Assembly (NCBI RefSeq): GCF_036321535.1
Contig: NC_087438.1
Location: 4,218,001 to 4,282,000 of the forward strand
Source of the DNA: Camelus dromedarius
Lineage: Eukaryota
Length of the DNA stretch: 64,000 nt
Direction: 5' to 3'
In this document: positions 24,263 to 38,290 of the stretch, one piece after another
Position numbering within the stretch: position 1 is the first letter of the stretch
How the letters are laid out: each line of letters starts with the position of its first letter
The notes under the pieces: model-generated
The model's database searches: none
What the model was told of the DNA's origin: nothing
The model's input: only the letters and a program-made list of their open reading frames with translations
Position numbers and translations under genes: made by a program

Positions 24263-27200
24263 CTGAAGTGAGAGCACTTTGAGCCTTGCTTTTCTAGGTC
24301 AGTGAAGACTTTTTTTTTTTTTTTTAATTTTACCTGGTATATGCTTTTTCACATTGATTTCTCACAATTCCAAACTGGAGTTCAAATAATAGGTGCCACA
24401 ATGTGTCTCAGATTTCAAAGCCCACTCTTGATTCGCAACACTTACTCTCTCATTCATGGGCCCTTACGTAATTCTGTACCCCCGCCTCCGTATTGATTCC
24501 CCACCTCCACCTTCAGTATTTGATCACAGGGGTGAGAGTAGCCAAACGTGTCCCTGTAGCTTTTGGAGCTAGACTCAAATGCAGTTCTTTTTTCTCATTA
24601 ATGCAGGGGGAAAAGAAGAGAAAGGAAAGGAAAGAGCACTCAATGCTCAGAGAAGCCCACTATTTTTTGAAAATGATGCTTTTATTGAGTTCCTTTTCAC
24701 AACAGGGCACTGAAAGGAGAGCTCTGAGCAGCTCCTGCTGTTTCCTTCCATCTCCTTGGCCCCAGGGACAGGCGGGGAGGTCAGCAATGTCTGGCCCATC
24801 CCCTCCGGTCTCTGTCAAGAAGTGGGGCAGAAGAAGCCTGGCATCTGCCTGCCCTCAGAATATCTCCCGGTGATCCGCCACAGGGGTCCCTTTTGCCCTC
24901 TCTAAGCCCCTGTACAAAAGCACAGACATGGTCACAGTGATGCTTCTCTTCCACCTATGGCAGCTCTGGATTGTCCTCGCATCATGGAAATATCTAACAA
25001 TTTCCACATACATTCAGGGCACACTTAACCAATGATTTTATCCCTCCCAGCCAACTAGCCTAAAATTGTGAAATTCTTTCTTTTACCTCTACTTACACCC
25101 CCTCCCCTGCAGCCCACCCCACTGGTCACCAAGGGCGGAGGCTGCCCCTCAGAAAGTCCTCTGAGGTGTAGCCCCTTTTACTATCTTCAGTGCTCTGGTG
25201 AAGGATCAGCCTTGCTGTTTCTACCCTGGAACTACAATTAAGGATGGCTTTTACATCCCTTTGCAGAGGCTACAAGGAAGAAGGAACTAGGAAGAGGAAA
25301 CAGATGGGTCTCATCCCCAGAAGCAAAGGTGAGCTAGTGGAGGATTAATTCAAGGGATAAATGGGAGCAGGAGAGATGCAGGCTGGTCTTGTTTCCATCA
25401 CACCTAAGATCCAGAGTAAAATGTAGCCCCAAATTTGTGTAAATAGGCAACTTTCTCCATTGCTGGCTTCTGAGCTATGCTTTCTGCTTCTTGTTGAAAA
25501 GTAGCTGGTCCTTAGAACTTCTCAGAAGGTTCTGTACTGTTGTACCCATGTTGGAATACAGCCAGAGAATGCAGTGAAGGGGAAAAGGGGCAGGAGGTGT
25601 TAGGAAGCAAACTTTGCAATCATATCTTTTTCCACACTGGACTGAGAGTAGAAAACTTAAAAATGGGAGGTGACCTCAGAAGAAGGAAGAAGGAAGAGGA
25701 AAAGAATGAAGGAGCAGTTCTTTTCTCCATCTTGCAGACTCTGACCTCAGCCTTCAGACCTGCCACATATTGTCACTGCTTAGCTTCCTCCAATCCCCAA
25801 CAACACGCTCTCTGCTGCTTTCCCTTCTACCATTGGGTGCCAGGGAACTCAACAAGAGACAGGCCAACTCCTAGGAGTTATAAGAAGCAGTTGCTATTAA
25901 CACCTCTTTCCTGTCACTCCCAACTCCTGTTCGGCCAGTTTACACAGACATAGCTGAGTTTATGTTCTAACCACCCTGAATAAGCCAGAACTGCCTGAAC
26001 TCTCCAGAAACTTAGTTTTCCCATTATAATTGTAAGTGGACTTTGATTAGGATTATGACTTAAATTCAACCATCTCATTTAGCACCTTTATTTCATTTGA
26101 TAATTAGCTGGGTTTAAAAAAAATTAAGTGCTATTTAATTCAGGTTGGCCCAGAGGTATAAAAATACAGCTCATCATTTAAAAAATACAGCAGAAAACAT
26201 TCCCAGTTGTATGTTCTTCAGGCTCTTGTAGCATGAAGCAGTGTATATAAGCTTGTTAACATTTGAGTCACTATAAATTAAAAAATTTTCCTGGACTCCT
26301 AGTGTTAATATAAGTTTTAGCCTAAAGACACTTCAACACATGAAAACATACTAATAAAACAAAATATGAAATCTTTATGCTTGTAACTTTTACACAACTC
26401 TAAAACCAAAATAAGTTGAAAAAGCAAATTGCCATTTTTAGTTCTAATTTATTAATTATACACTTTTAGTACCATGAATTACTTTATTCTACTGAAACTA
26501 AATCCATGTTCACAATATGAACATGGTGTAGACTGTTCTTGTGCGGGTTGCACTTGACTTGGCAAGTCCCGCAGTGTAAACAACCATGTTCCTGGGATAA
26601 TCCCAATGGCTTTGAAGCCGCAGTGAACAGTCTGGATCAGATGTGCTATGAACAACAGAAAAGGAGGAGGAAGAAGATGGAAAATGTATATCTGAAAAGT
26701 AATGGCTCAGAACTCTATTATATTGATAAAGGACATCACCTAGATATACCCAAATCCTTAAATTCCAAAGACAAATTTTTAAGAAAGATAGTTCCTTATT
26801 CAGAAATGATAGAGAAGCTTATATCAATTCAGCCCAAGGTGATAAAAATTACAAACTCTATGGGGAAAAAAAAAAAACTAGAGGCACTGGAGATGAGCCT
26901 GGAGAAGAAGGAAACAGGGAGACAGGATCCTAGGAGGAAGGGAAGCAACTGCATGAGCACAGCACAGAGCACTTAACCAGGCCTTTCTCTGAGGACATGT
27001 CTGATTCACAGCAGCACATCAGGGCACACAGCTCAAACATAAGGTGGCAGTCTTGCTGGGATGGAAAAAATGGGGCTGAAATGATTGGAAATTGGGGCGG
27101 GGGTGGGGAGTCCTGGAAAGGAAGAAGACACAAAACCTTTATATTACATTGAGTCAGGTCGTTGCATGACTCCAAGAAGCGCAACAGAAATATTTCGGAA

Positions 27201-27369
27201 GCCACCTACTGCTAGGAAGACAGAGACTGGCATCAGAGTCCCACCACGTCAGACAAGCTGGCTGAACGCCTCAAGCTCCCGCGGAAATCACTGAGGCGTC
27301 ACACAGTAGGAACAAATACCACATCTTAGGACCAACAAAGTCACACTCTGACCAAGAGCAAAATCTACT

Positions 27370-27935
27370 CTTTTCCTAACAAAGCCTGAAACCAACTCTC
27401 AACAGGATTGAGGTGCTCACCCAGAAATGTAACTGCCTTCCAGAGCAAATACTGCATCCTGTAGAGGAAGATATCAAAATCCACAGTTTCTACAACATTC
27501 TGTCCCAAAATTGAGCATAAAGTAAAAAAATTACTAGACATGAAAAAGAACAGAAAAAGACGGTAACCATATGAAAGAGGGAGGAGGAGTTAATAGACTA
27601 GACACGCAAATGACCAAGGCTTTTGAATGAACAGAAAAAGATTTATAGGGTAAAACAACCGTCTAACAATGAATTGAAGTCCTTGGGAAAAAAAGAAAGA
27701 AAGAAAATGGAAAGTAGCAGGAAAAATGCTGAAGAAGTGATAGGGCATAATTTTCAAAACTTAGGAAAACAAATAAATAAAAATAAATCAATTCAAAATT
27801 CTAGGTGGCTCAGGTAATGGCAAGCAGGATGGGGAAAAAAGAAGAACAAAAGGAAAGAAAAAGCATACCTGAACATTTCATAATCAAAGCACTGAAAGCT
27901 AAAAATGTAAAGGGAATCTTAAAAAGGAACTGAAA
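27370..27935 (+). mobile_element. Older L1 5'/ORF1 fragment
   Basis: A-rich L1-like aaaaattactagacatgaaaaagaacagaaaa, cataattttcaaaactt and gaacatttcataatcaaag. Confidence 0.55.
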
Positions 27936-29057
27936 GTTTTCTTGCCTCAGATCTGACAAGTAAGGAGCTTGGAAGCCATCATTCCTATCCATCCTTAGAT
28001 GCTCAACAAACCAAAAAACAAAGTCTTTTCTTGGTTTTATCAGAAAAAATACAGTGAAAGGCAGACCACTAATCCTCAAATCTGGGGAGACAGGCATAAC
28101 CAGAGAGATACAGCCATCAAGATCTGCTTACCTGGAGCAGAAGCCACTGAAGCCATCAGCTGGTGAGACACTTACACAGTAATTTGAGTTACTAGAGGCT
28201 ACATGTGGACCAGCAAGAGAGCGAGAAGGTCCTAGAAACCATGGTCTTGAGGGGTGAAGGGGGGCGGGGATGCACACTTTGGCTTTACTACTGGGAACCA
28301 CACCAGGTTTTCCCAGTGAAGACCTGAGAAAGATCCCCTTGTGGCAGGAAGAAGGGAAGGTTAATCAGAAAACTTCACCCAGATCTTCTCCATAGCAAAG
28401 GCCCGCTCTCCAGGGAAAACACACCTCCGGACCTTACCCCAAGTGGGTTAGGGGCTTTCATCCCACTCCAGCTGCTTCTAGCCCTCCTGTTTCATCTAAG
28501 GGAAAAATTAGTCACCAGGAACCAGGCTTCAAGAAAATAGAATGAGGCAAGGGAAGAGGGAACAGGAGGGGAAAACCTGCACTAACAGAGAAAAGCTGGT
28601 GAGGGTCAGCCCCCAGGTACAGGCCCCCTGCATCACTGAGGCTTAACCAGAAGATTACAGCGCACTCTCCCTTCCCTACACCTTTCCACCAACACCAGCA
28701 GGACCCCAGTATAACAGTGGGTAAGAGCCAACATTTCTGCAAGGTGCAGACTGTCTAAGAAGAGTCCTAAGGGAACCTCAAAGACAACAGGAGAGACAAA
28801 GACACAGAAACTAGAGGAGTTTTAAGCCCCTAACACCTACAGCTACAGTTAACATCTTAAAAAAAAAAAAAAAAAAAAAACCCAAGTCCTCACCAGTTTA
28901 ACATAAATCCTCACAATAAAGACTTCCTTATCTCCATTCATATTATATGCCCTTCAGAAAATTACAAGACATGCAATAGACAGGAAATTTAAAATAACTA
29001 TAATTAGTACGTCAAGGACTCTAGTGGGAAGAATTAGCAACGTGCGAGAACAGATGA

Positions 29058-29430
29058 TTCCATGCACTGAACGTTTGTGTCCCCCAGATTCATATGCCGA
29101 AGTCTTACCCCAGTGTGATGGTGTTAGACAGTGGCGCCTTAGGAAAGTGATTAGGTGATCACAGTGGATCTGCACGACGGGATTAGTGCCCTTACAAAGA
29201 AGCACTAAAAATCTCCCTTGCTCCTTCTGCCATGTGAGGTTATAGCAAAAACAAAAAACAAAAAACAAAAAAACAGCCATCTAAGAAACAAACTCTCACC
29301 AGATACGAAATCTGCTGCTGCCTCTATCTTGGACTTCCAGCCTCCAGAACTGTAAGAAACAAATGTCTGCTGTGTATGAGCCACCCAGTCTACAGTATCT
29401 TGTTACAGCAGCCCAAAAAAGAAGATGACA
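29058..29430 (+). mobile_element. MLT1A0-like solo LTR inserted in L1 ORF1
   Basis: ctgaacgtttgtgtcccccagattcatatg ... ggacttccagcctccagaactgtaagaaacaaatgtctg; the L1 text gaacagatg|gttaac rejoins across it. Confidence 0.85.
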
Positions 29431-30523
29431 AATGGTTAACATACGCAGAGAGATGGAAATTCTAAGAAAGAACTGCAAATAAATGCCAGAAATAAGAAGC
29501 CCTGTGACAAGTAAAAACTGCTTTTAATGGACTCGCCAGTGGACTAAACAAGGTCATGGGAACAATCAGTGAGCTTAAAGACACAGTAATAGAAATTGCT
29601 CAAACTGAAGGAGAAGAGCTTAAAAACTAGCCAAACAACAACAGAAAAGGACATCCAAAAGCTATGGAACAATTTCAAAAGTTGGAACCACAGAGGGAGA
29701 AGAAAGAGAGAACCGAGTAGATGAAATATGTGAAGTAATGACAGCTGGACTCCTCCAAAATCAATGACAACACCGAGCCATGCATCAAGGAGGCTCGGAG
29801 AACACCAAGCAGGATTAGTACCAAATACACACACTCAGCTCCAGATACAATTCATCCAAACTGCAGAAAACCAACGACAAAGAGACAATCTTAAAGCCAG
29901 GGAGGAAAACTCTAATCCACTGAAAAATGAAGATATGAGCTAGTGTTTCTCATCAGAAATAAGAAGAAAGTGTTGTAAAATATTTCAAACATTGGAAGAA
30001 AAAAAAACCATATAGAATACTATATCCAGGGACGTTGTCCTTCAAAATGAAGAACGAATAAAGACTTTCTGAGACAAATAAACTGAGGGAATTTGTTGTC
30101 AGGAGATCAGGCCTGCAAGAAAAGTGAAAATACATTGTTTCACTAAAAAGAAGGAAAATGATAGAGATCAGAAACTTGGGTCTACATTTTTTGAAAAGAA
30201 AATGCATTCTAGAAGGAGCAAATGAAAATAACGTTTTTTTATTGTTATTATGTTTAATTGATCTGAAAGGTAATTATTTGTTTAAAGGAATAATAGTAAC
30301 AACGTATTGGGCATTTACAGCACATACAAGAGAGCAACGGAAGGAGGAACTGGGAAAACTCTGCTATAAAGCACTTGCCCTACGCCCGACAGGATAAAGT
30401 GCTGTTGGAAGACTGACTTAGATTTATTTGGAATGTGGACTGTAAATGCTAAGGCAGCCACTAAAATTGTTTTAAAGAGGTAAAATTGTAATTCTCAGAG
30501 AGGAGATAAAATGGGGTTATACA

Positions 30524-30866
30524 CAGAAACACGTCAGAGACATTGTGGGTTCGGTTCCAAAACACTGTACTAAAGTGAACATTGCAGTAAGCAAGCCACA
30601 CACATGTTTTGGTTTTCCAGTGCACAGAAAAGTTATATTTATACTATACGTGGTCTATTAAGTGTGCAAGACCATTATGTCTATAAAACAGTGTATATAC
30701 AGTAATTAAAAAATAATGCTGTTGGAAAAAGGCACCAATAGACTTGCTTGATGTGGGGTTGCCACAAACCTACAATTTGTAAAAACAAAACAAAACAAAA
30801 CAAAAAAAAAACCGCAGTATCTGTGAACTGCAATAAAGTAAAATACAATAAAACAAGGCATGCCTA
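30524..30866 (-). mobile_element. Tigger1 internal-deletion derivative (TcMar-Tigger)
   Basis: Both Tigger1 ends are present (gagacattgtgggttcggttcca; caataaaacaaggcatgcct), with TA context at the flanks and no transposase. Confidence 0.85.
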
Positions 30867-30949
30867 TAAAATGCTGAATTAAAACTAGAGATGGCAGAAA
30901 AAGAGGAGAATAAAAGAAAAAAGAACAGTTGAAATGAATAGAAAATGGT

Positions 30950-33900
30950 CAAAAACAATAGCTATTAATCTAACTGTATCAACTTTAAAATGTATTGTCT
31001 AAGAAACTCCTTAAAAGACAGAGATTGTCAGATGGGATTTTAAAAATACCCAACTATATGTTATCTGCCAAAAAATCCACATTAAATATAAAGATTCAGA
31101 CAAGTTAAAATTGAGGAGATGGAGACAGTCGTATCATGACAACACTAATGAAAAGACTGGAGTAGCCATAAATATTTCAGACAGTCGATTTCAGAACAAA
31201 GACCGTTACAGTGATAAACAAGAACGTAAAGTTACGTTAAAGGACTTGATTCTCCAGGAAGACATAATGATAAACACAAACATGCCACGCGACAGGGAGT
31301 CAAAACATGTGAGAAAAAATTGATAGGAATGATAAAAGAAATCGACAACTCCACTATTATAGTTGGAGACTTCAACACCCCTGTCAGTAATTGATAGATC
31401 AAATGGGCAGAAAATCATTAACAATAGAGGTAATATGAACAGCGCCATCAATCAACTTGATCCAACTGACATTTTTTATAATACTTCATTCAACGGTAAT
31501 AGTATACACATCTTCTTAAGCTTACGTGGATACTTCACCAAGGTAAGCCGCATTCTGGGTCATGAAAAATATCTTGACACATTCAAAAGAATAGAAATCA
31601 TACACAGGATGTGCTCAGACTATGATGAAATTAAATTAGAAATCAGTAACAAAGACAACTGGACATTTTCCAAATATTTGGAAATTAAACAACACACTTC
31701 TAGAGAACGCATAGGCCAAAAAGAAGACTCAGAAAAAATTCGAAATATTTTGTACTAAACGAAAATGAAAAGACAACTTAGCAAAATTTGTGAGATTAAG
31801 CAAAAGCATCAAAGAAATAAAATCAAGGAATCCAAGAACTAGTTCGTTGAAGAGATCAATAAAACTGACAAATCACTAGCCAGGATAGCAAATAAAGAGA
31901 GAGAAAGAGAATATAAATCATCAGTATAAGAAATGAAGGTCTGTTGGGCATTAAAATGCTAGAAATAAAAGAATACTTTACATAATTCTCTACTCCAAAG
32001 TTTGATAAAATTGATGAAAGGAATAAAATTTCTTGAGAGTCACAAACTACTAAACCTCACACAAGGAGAACTAGGAATCTTGAATATCCTGCTATCTATT
32101 AAAGAAATCAAATCACTGATTAACAACCTTCCAAAATACAAAGCACTGGGCCCAGAATGGCGAATTCTACCAAACATTTAAGGAAGAAATGATACTGATC
32201 CTCTATAATATCTTCTGGAAATAAAACCAGAGGAAACATTTCATAACTTATCTATGAGGTCAACAGTACCTCAATATCCAAAGCAGGTAAAAGCACAAAA
32301 AGGAATGAAAACTACAGAGCAATATCTCTTATGAATAGAAATGGGAAAAAAACTTCAACAAAATATTAGCAAATCAAACCTATCAATGCAGAAAAAGAAC
32401 TATGCACCACAATGAAGTTGGATTTATTTCAGGCATGCAAGGCTGGTTCAACATTCAAAAATAAATCAAGACAATCCTGCATATCAACCAGCTAAAGAAA
32501 AAATCATTTGATCTTACCAATTGAGAGAAAATGCATTTGGCAAAATCCAATGTCTATTTATGATAAAACTCTCAGCAAACTAGGAAGAGAGAACAACGTC
32601 CTCAATTTGATAAAGGACATCTGTTAAAAATCTAAATCTGTTCTCAAACTTAAGCATGAGAGACTGGACACTTTCCCCATAAGATCAGGAACAAGGTAAT
32701 GATGTCTTCTCTCGCCACTTCTATTTATCATTGTGCTGGAAATTTTAGCTGGTGCAATAAAGAAAGGAAAGAAATGAATGTATACAGATTGGAAAGAAAT
32801 AAGTAAAACTGTCTTATTCAAAGATATGATTGTCTATGTTGAAAAGCTCAACAAAAACGCTTCTCAAACTAATATGAAAGTAGATCAAGGTCTCGAGGTA
32901 CATCCTTAAAATACAAAAGTTCATTGCTTTCCTAAAGACCAGCAATAAATAACTGGAATTTGAAATTTTAAAAGCTACTATGATGGTTAATTTTATGTGT
33001 CAACTTGGCTGGGCCAGAGTGCCCAGATATTTGGTCAAACATTATTCTGGATGTTTCTGTGAAGATATTTTTTGGATGAGGTTAACATTTAAATCAGGGC
33101 ACTTTGATAACACAGATTGCCTCTACAAAGTGGATGGGCCTGATTCACTCAGCTGATGCTTTTAACAGAACAAAGTTTGAGCATCCCTGAGCAAGAAGAA
33201 ATTCTGGCTGCAGACCACATTTGCACTCACACAGCAAATCTTCCCTGGGTCTCTAGCCTGCTAGCCTATCCTGCTAGCCTATCCTGCAGATTTTGAATTT
33301 ACCAAGCCTCCACAATCATGTGAGCCAGTTCCTTAAAATAAACCTAGATGATAGATGGAAGGAAGGAAGGAAGGAAAGAAGGGAGGGAGGAAGGAATGAA
33401 GGAAGAAACCTGTTGGTTGTGTTCCTCTAGAGAACACTGACAAATATAAATACCATTTACAATAGAACCAAAGATAAAATAATTAGGTATAAATCTAACA
33501 AAATTATATACAGAGTCTACAAGCCAAAGACTATAAATTATTGATGAAAGAAATCAGGGAAAATCTAGATAAATGGAGAGATACTCCATGTTTATAGATA
33601 GGAGGACCCAAAGTTTTTAAGATGTCAATCCTTCCCAATTTGATACACAGATTCAAGACAATTCCAATCAAAATCCCACTAGGCCATGTTGTATCTGTCA
33701 ACAAAGTAATTTTAAAGTTGACATCAAAAGACAAAAAAACTAGAACAGAGAATACAATGTTGAAGAAGAACAAAATTGGAGGGCTCACACTACTCAATTT
33801 AAGATTTACTATAACACTATGGCACTCAAGACAGCAGAGTATTGGCAAAAGAATAAAAAAAAATAGGTCAATGGAACGGAATAGGGATCCCATAAATAGG

Positions 33901-34953
33901 GACATACAAATGCAGTCATCTGATCTTTCACAAAGGAGCAAGGGAAATTCAATATTTAAAAAAGATAGTTTTTCAAAAAATGATGCTGTAACAACTGGAT
34001 GTCAATATGGGAGAATAAACCTAGACACAGGTCCTAAACTTTTCACAAAAAATAACTCAAAATAGTGCATAGATCTAAATGTAAAATGCAAAACCATAAA
34101 ACTAGTAGAAGAAATAATAGGGAAAAAACTATGGGTACTCAGGTTCAGTAATGAGGTTTTAGTTACAACAAGGAAAGTATGACCCATGAAAGAAAAAAGT
34201 CAAATTCATAATTTGAACTTTATTAAAATGTAAAACATCTGCTGTGTAAAAGACACTGGTATGAGAATAAAAATACAAACCACAGACTGGGAGGAAATAT
34301 TTTCAAGGCACGTATCTGATAAAGGGCTTGCACTCAAAATATACAAAGAAACTCAAAACTCAAAAATAAGAAAACAGCTCAACTTTTTAAATGGGAAAAA
34401 TATGCAGACAGCTTACCAAGGAAGAGTCACAGATGGCAAATAAGTACAACAAAAATGCTCCACATCATTTTTCATTAGGAAAATGCAAGTTAAAACAATG
34501 AGATGCCATTACCTACTTAATAGAATGACTACATTGGCTAGAATTGGCTAGCATCCAAAAAACGGACAGGATTAAATGCTGGCAGAGGTATCGAGCAACA
34601 GGAACTTTCCCTCATTATTAGTGAGAATGCAAAATGGGACAGCTGTTTTGGAAGACAGTTTCACAGTTTCCTGTAAAGCAAAACTAGTCTTACCGTATGA
34701 TCCAGCAACCATATTCCTAGGTATTCACCCAGAAAATCTGAAGGCTTTTTTTCAGACGAAAACCTGCATGCAAATATTTATAGCAGCCTTATGCATAATC
34801 ATCCAGAACTGGAAGCAACTAAGATATCCTTCAACAGGTGAGTGGATAAACAAACTGCAGTACCTCCATGCAATGCAATACTATTCTGAAATAAAAATAA
34901 ATGCTCAACGAAGTCACGCAAAGACATGGACAAAATTTAAATGCATATTCTAA
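30950..34953 (+). pseudogene. L1 ORF2 (endonuclease / reverse transcriptase) remnant, many stops and frameshifts
   Basis: Endonuclease motifs GDFNTPLSVIDRS and CSDYDEIKLEI (ORF 31363-31758); RT-region [12 protein letters not shown] near 32420; SILPNLIHRF..IPIKIP and KNKIGGLTL (33622-34065); LPYDPATIFLGIHP (34576-34953). Confidence 0.92.
32979..33448 (+). mobile_element. MLT2-family ERVL solo LTR inserted in L1 ORF2
   Basis: tgatggttaattttatgtgtcaacttggctgggcc...gtgcccagatatttggtcaaacattattctggatgtttctgtga; internal (GGAA)n; end ctagagaacactgacaaata. Confidence 0.9.
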
Positions 34954-36719
34954 GTGAATGATACTAATCTGGAAAGGACATATACTGTATGACCCCAATT
35001 ACATGATATCCTGGAAAAAGGAAAAATTATATAGAGACAGTAAACGAATTAATGGTTGCCAAGAGTTCAAACTGGGGGGAGGGGTTATTAACCTGAAGCA
35101 CAGGTTACTTTACGGATGGAAAAGCTACTCTGTATGATATCCTTCTGTAATGGTAGATATATGACACTATACATTTGTCAAAATCATAGTATTTTGCCAT
35201 ACGAGAGAAAATTAAGATACTCAAAAAAAAAAAAAAGTAATCACTTAGGAGGTTATGGGATCCCAGCATAGAAATCAGACTGTGACAAAAAATCTCTTTT
35301 ACAAGTGGATGAAACAACCAGATTTAAGAGGCTAGGGGACCAAGTGCTGACCTAAGTAACTGGAACGAGTGGAGCCTGGAAGACTAAAGTCAACAGAAAC
35401 TGTACGTAAGCATTGTACCCTCGCTGATAAAGCTTTTCCCACAGGGGTACAAGTTAACAGTTTTGCAACCTCTATATTTGTGGACATGTGGATGGTGGGA
35501 GCCTGGTTTCTGACTGTTGGAGGGGGAGGTTGGGGACAAGCAAAGAGGAAGTTGTTAAGACAATCCAGGTGGTAACGGGTCAGAGTTGGAAACATGAACT
35601 CATGTTTAGCTTAAGATAGACGGTTTCATAGAGAAATATTTATAGATACGTGTTTATACACAAGTTGGTATACCCACATATATTTCCTTGCTCTGTCAGA
35701 TTGGAGCACCCAGGGGAACACCACGATAGGAACCACCAGGTCTAGTGCCCACATCCTGGTTTCCCACACTGTTCTTCAATAAAGGACCCAAGGCTCCTTG
35801 GAGAAACGTTTGGTCCTAGGACTGGGGCAAGAAATATACAAGATAAGCCTTGAGCATCTTCCAGTGCCAAGAAGCAAGGAAGTGCTAAATAACAATAAAA
35901 TAAGTAATTAAATGTAACCTAAAACTATGAAGGGGTATATCAAAAGGTCATAGGAGGCAAACTAAAGAGTTTCCAGTGGTCAAAGCAGGACCAGTTTGAG
36001 CAACAGAGTGAATAAAGCAGTATTGGATTATACCCAAAGTATAAAATCAATAGATGCAAGTCCACATCCATGTAAATAAGTAATTGAATAAACAAAGTTA
36101 TGTAGAGGAATAGACAAGTTTCCCCTGCAGAAGAATTCCAAATAATTCAGGTCAATAATCTGTCCTCAGAGAGGTGGAGTGTAACTCTCCAGGCTTCGGT
36201 ACGGGCTGTACGCAGTGACTTCCTCCCAAGGAGTACAGTATGAAAAAGGAGGGGTAACTTTATAGAAAGACGCTGACAAGTACGACCTCACCCAGGTGTT
36301 CAAGGTTAATGTCAACAGTGACCATTCATGTTGGTCGTGTGCACACTTGATATGATGTTATGAGAATGGCATTTTACATCTGTGGTCTTTCTCCCCAAAA
36401 CTTATAACCCCAATCTAACCATGAGAAAAGCATCAGACAAATCCCAATTGAAGGTCATTCCCCCAGTTACCTGACCAGCATTCCTCAAAACTTCAAACCA
36501 TGGAAAGTCTGAAAAAAAAAAAAAATCACTGCCTAGCAGGACTTAAGGAGATAGAATGACTAAATGTGTCCTGGATGGGACCCTGGAAAAGAAAAAGATA
36601 TTAGGTAAAAACTCAGAAAATCTGAACCAAGTATTTAATTAATATCATATCAATATTGGTTTATAAACTATGACAAATATGCCATACTAACATAAATGTT
36701 AACAATAGGGGAAAGCCAT

Positions 36720-38290
36720 AAATGTTACTTGTTCAAGAGAATATTTGTCCTTGGTAGAGTCTATGGAAATTAGTAATATGTACTTTTTCAAACATTTATG
36801 TATGATTTTTCTTTGTAATATTCACTAAAATATGAATTTTATTTGAATATTTCACATGTGATAATGTTCCTGTACTTTTTTTTTGTCTATATTCCAGGTT
36901 CAGCCATTCTAACATCTCACTTTGCAAGCATTTCTACAAAACTAGGAAATTTCTATTTTTCCTATAAACATCGTACTAGTGACATCACACACAAACCAAT
37001 GCATCATCATGCTTGCTAAGTATCAGGCAGATAATATTTTAAGACCGTTACATCAGTGTTCTTCAATGTTCACATATCTTTCTTGAACATTCTTTACTGT
37101 TTGCTGTTTATTCAGACTTCCCCTCACGGTAGCAGTTACACATGTGATTTTCATGTGCAGGGGGTGCTTTATGTTCTTGTAATTAGGAACTTGGGTCTTT
37201 CCAGCCACAAATACTGTCTTAGTCAAAGCTATGTTACAAAATATGGAAAAATCATTGCAAAATACTTTGCCTTTAAACTTAAAATATAAAAGTTGGTTTT
37301 TATACTTTCTTTTTCCACTTGAAATAATTGTGATGTAAAATACTAAATTTTCTGTCAGGCTTACGAAACGGAAGTCAGAATCACCGATTTGGATCAGATC
37401 GCATTTGTTAGAGACGTTCACACACAATCAAAATGATGTGATTGGTTTCATCTTTTGCCCAATTTACCAATTTCATGAATATCCTTTCCTTCATCTCCTA
37501 ACAGCAGGCTGGAGCTGCGTCTGCTGCTTCCAGTTGTAGTTTGGATAAGAAATGCTCTTTTCCACTCTCATTGTTAGATCAAAAATTCAATCTTCCTTTA
37601 ATAATGACTATAAAGAGATTTTATCTGACCTGTTGAAGTTTCATATTTGATGATAATTATTTTCTTCCTCATTTTCATTTTGTTCAGTAATTAAATCTGG
37701 CTAATTATAGAATGTATAATGTCATGTTTGCAAATTTCAAGTGAGTCTCACTCCACAGAAGTCTGCTCAATTTCATTGTTTCCAGATTACTTTCTAATTT
37801 AAGCAGAGCTCCCTTTTTGAAGATTTTCCTATTTCCTTTTCAGCTTTCTATTTCTGAGCCCTATTTCCATATTTTTTTATTTCTACAAAAGAAGTTAACT
37901 TACATTTATCCTCCATGATCTAAAGTAATCCTTTAGTTTATAATACATATTTCAGATTAAAATATACAATTAAATGTTATTTGAACTCTGTAAATTTGAA
38001 TAGATTTTCACCAAAAATATAAATACATGAAATAAATATCTGCAAATGTACAAATCAAAATAATATTATAAATTTACAATTTTTAAATACATGTATGTTC
38101 TCCAAAAGTTATATTTCTTTTAAAATATTTAAACTGATCTTTGCAATTAAAAGTCAAACACAAATTATAATTAATAAACTCAAAATTTTTAAAGCAAATT
38201 TATATAAATAAAGCTGTAATTACATAAATTTTTAAAACTATAATTCACTCTTATTAAATAGTTTGTAGAAAAAGCTACACACAGTTCTCA
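36720..38290 (-). mobile_element. Fossil hAT-Tip100 (Zaphod-like) DNA transposon with degraded transposase
   Basis: Across frameshifts the minus strand reads LLYFKFKGKVFC and CGWKDPSS*LQEHKAPPAH (TTF-type zinc finger), KNRNFL/FVEMLAK*DVRMAE, then KYILLISIDSTKDKYSLEQVTF (first DDE aspartate region); AT-rich subterminal region 37920-38290. Confidence 0.7.

Larger units (their letters stand above)
27940..36715 (+). mobile_element. Near full-length decayed LINE-1 (L1MD/L1MC-like) with nested insertions
   Basis: 5' UTR ~27940-28900, ORF1 remnants ~28950-30170, ORF2 remnants ~30950-34950 and long 3' UTR to ~36715; A-rich sense strand throughout. Confidence 0.92.

Noticed and set aside
31363..34953. 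ORFs of 125-147 aa as host protein-coding genes
   Set aside because: They are broken pieces of L1 ORF2.
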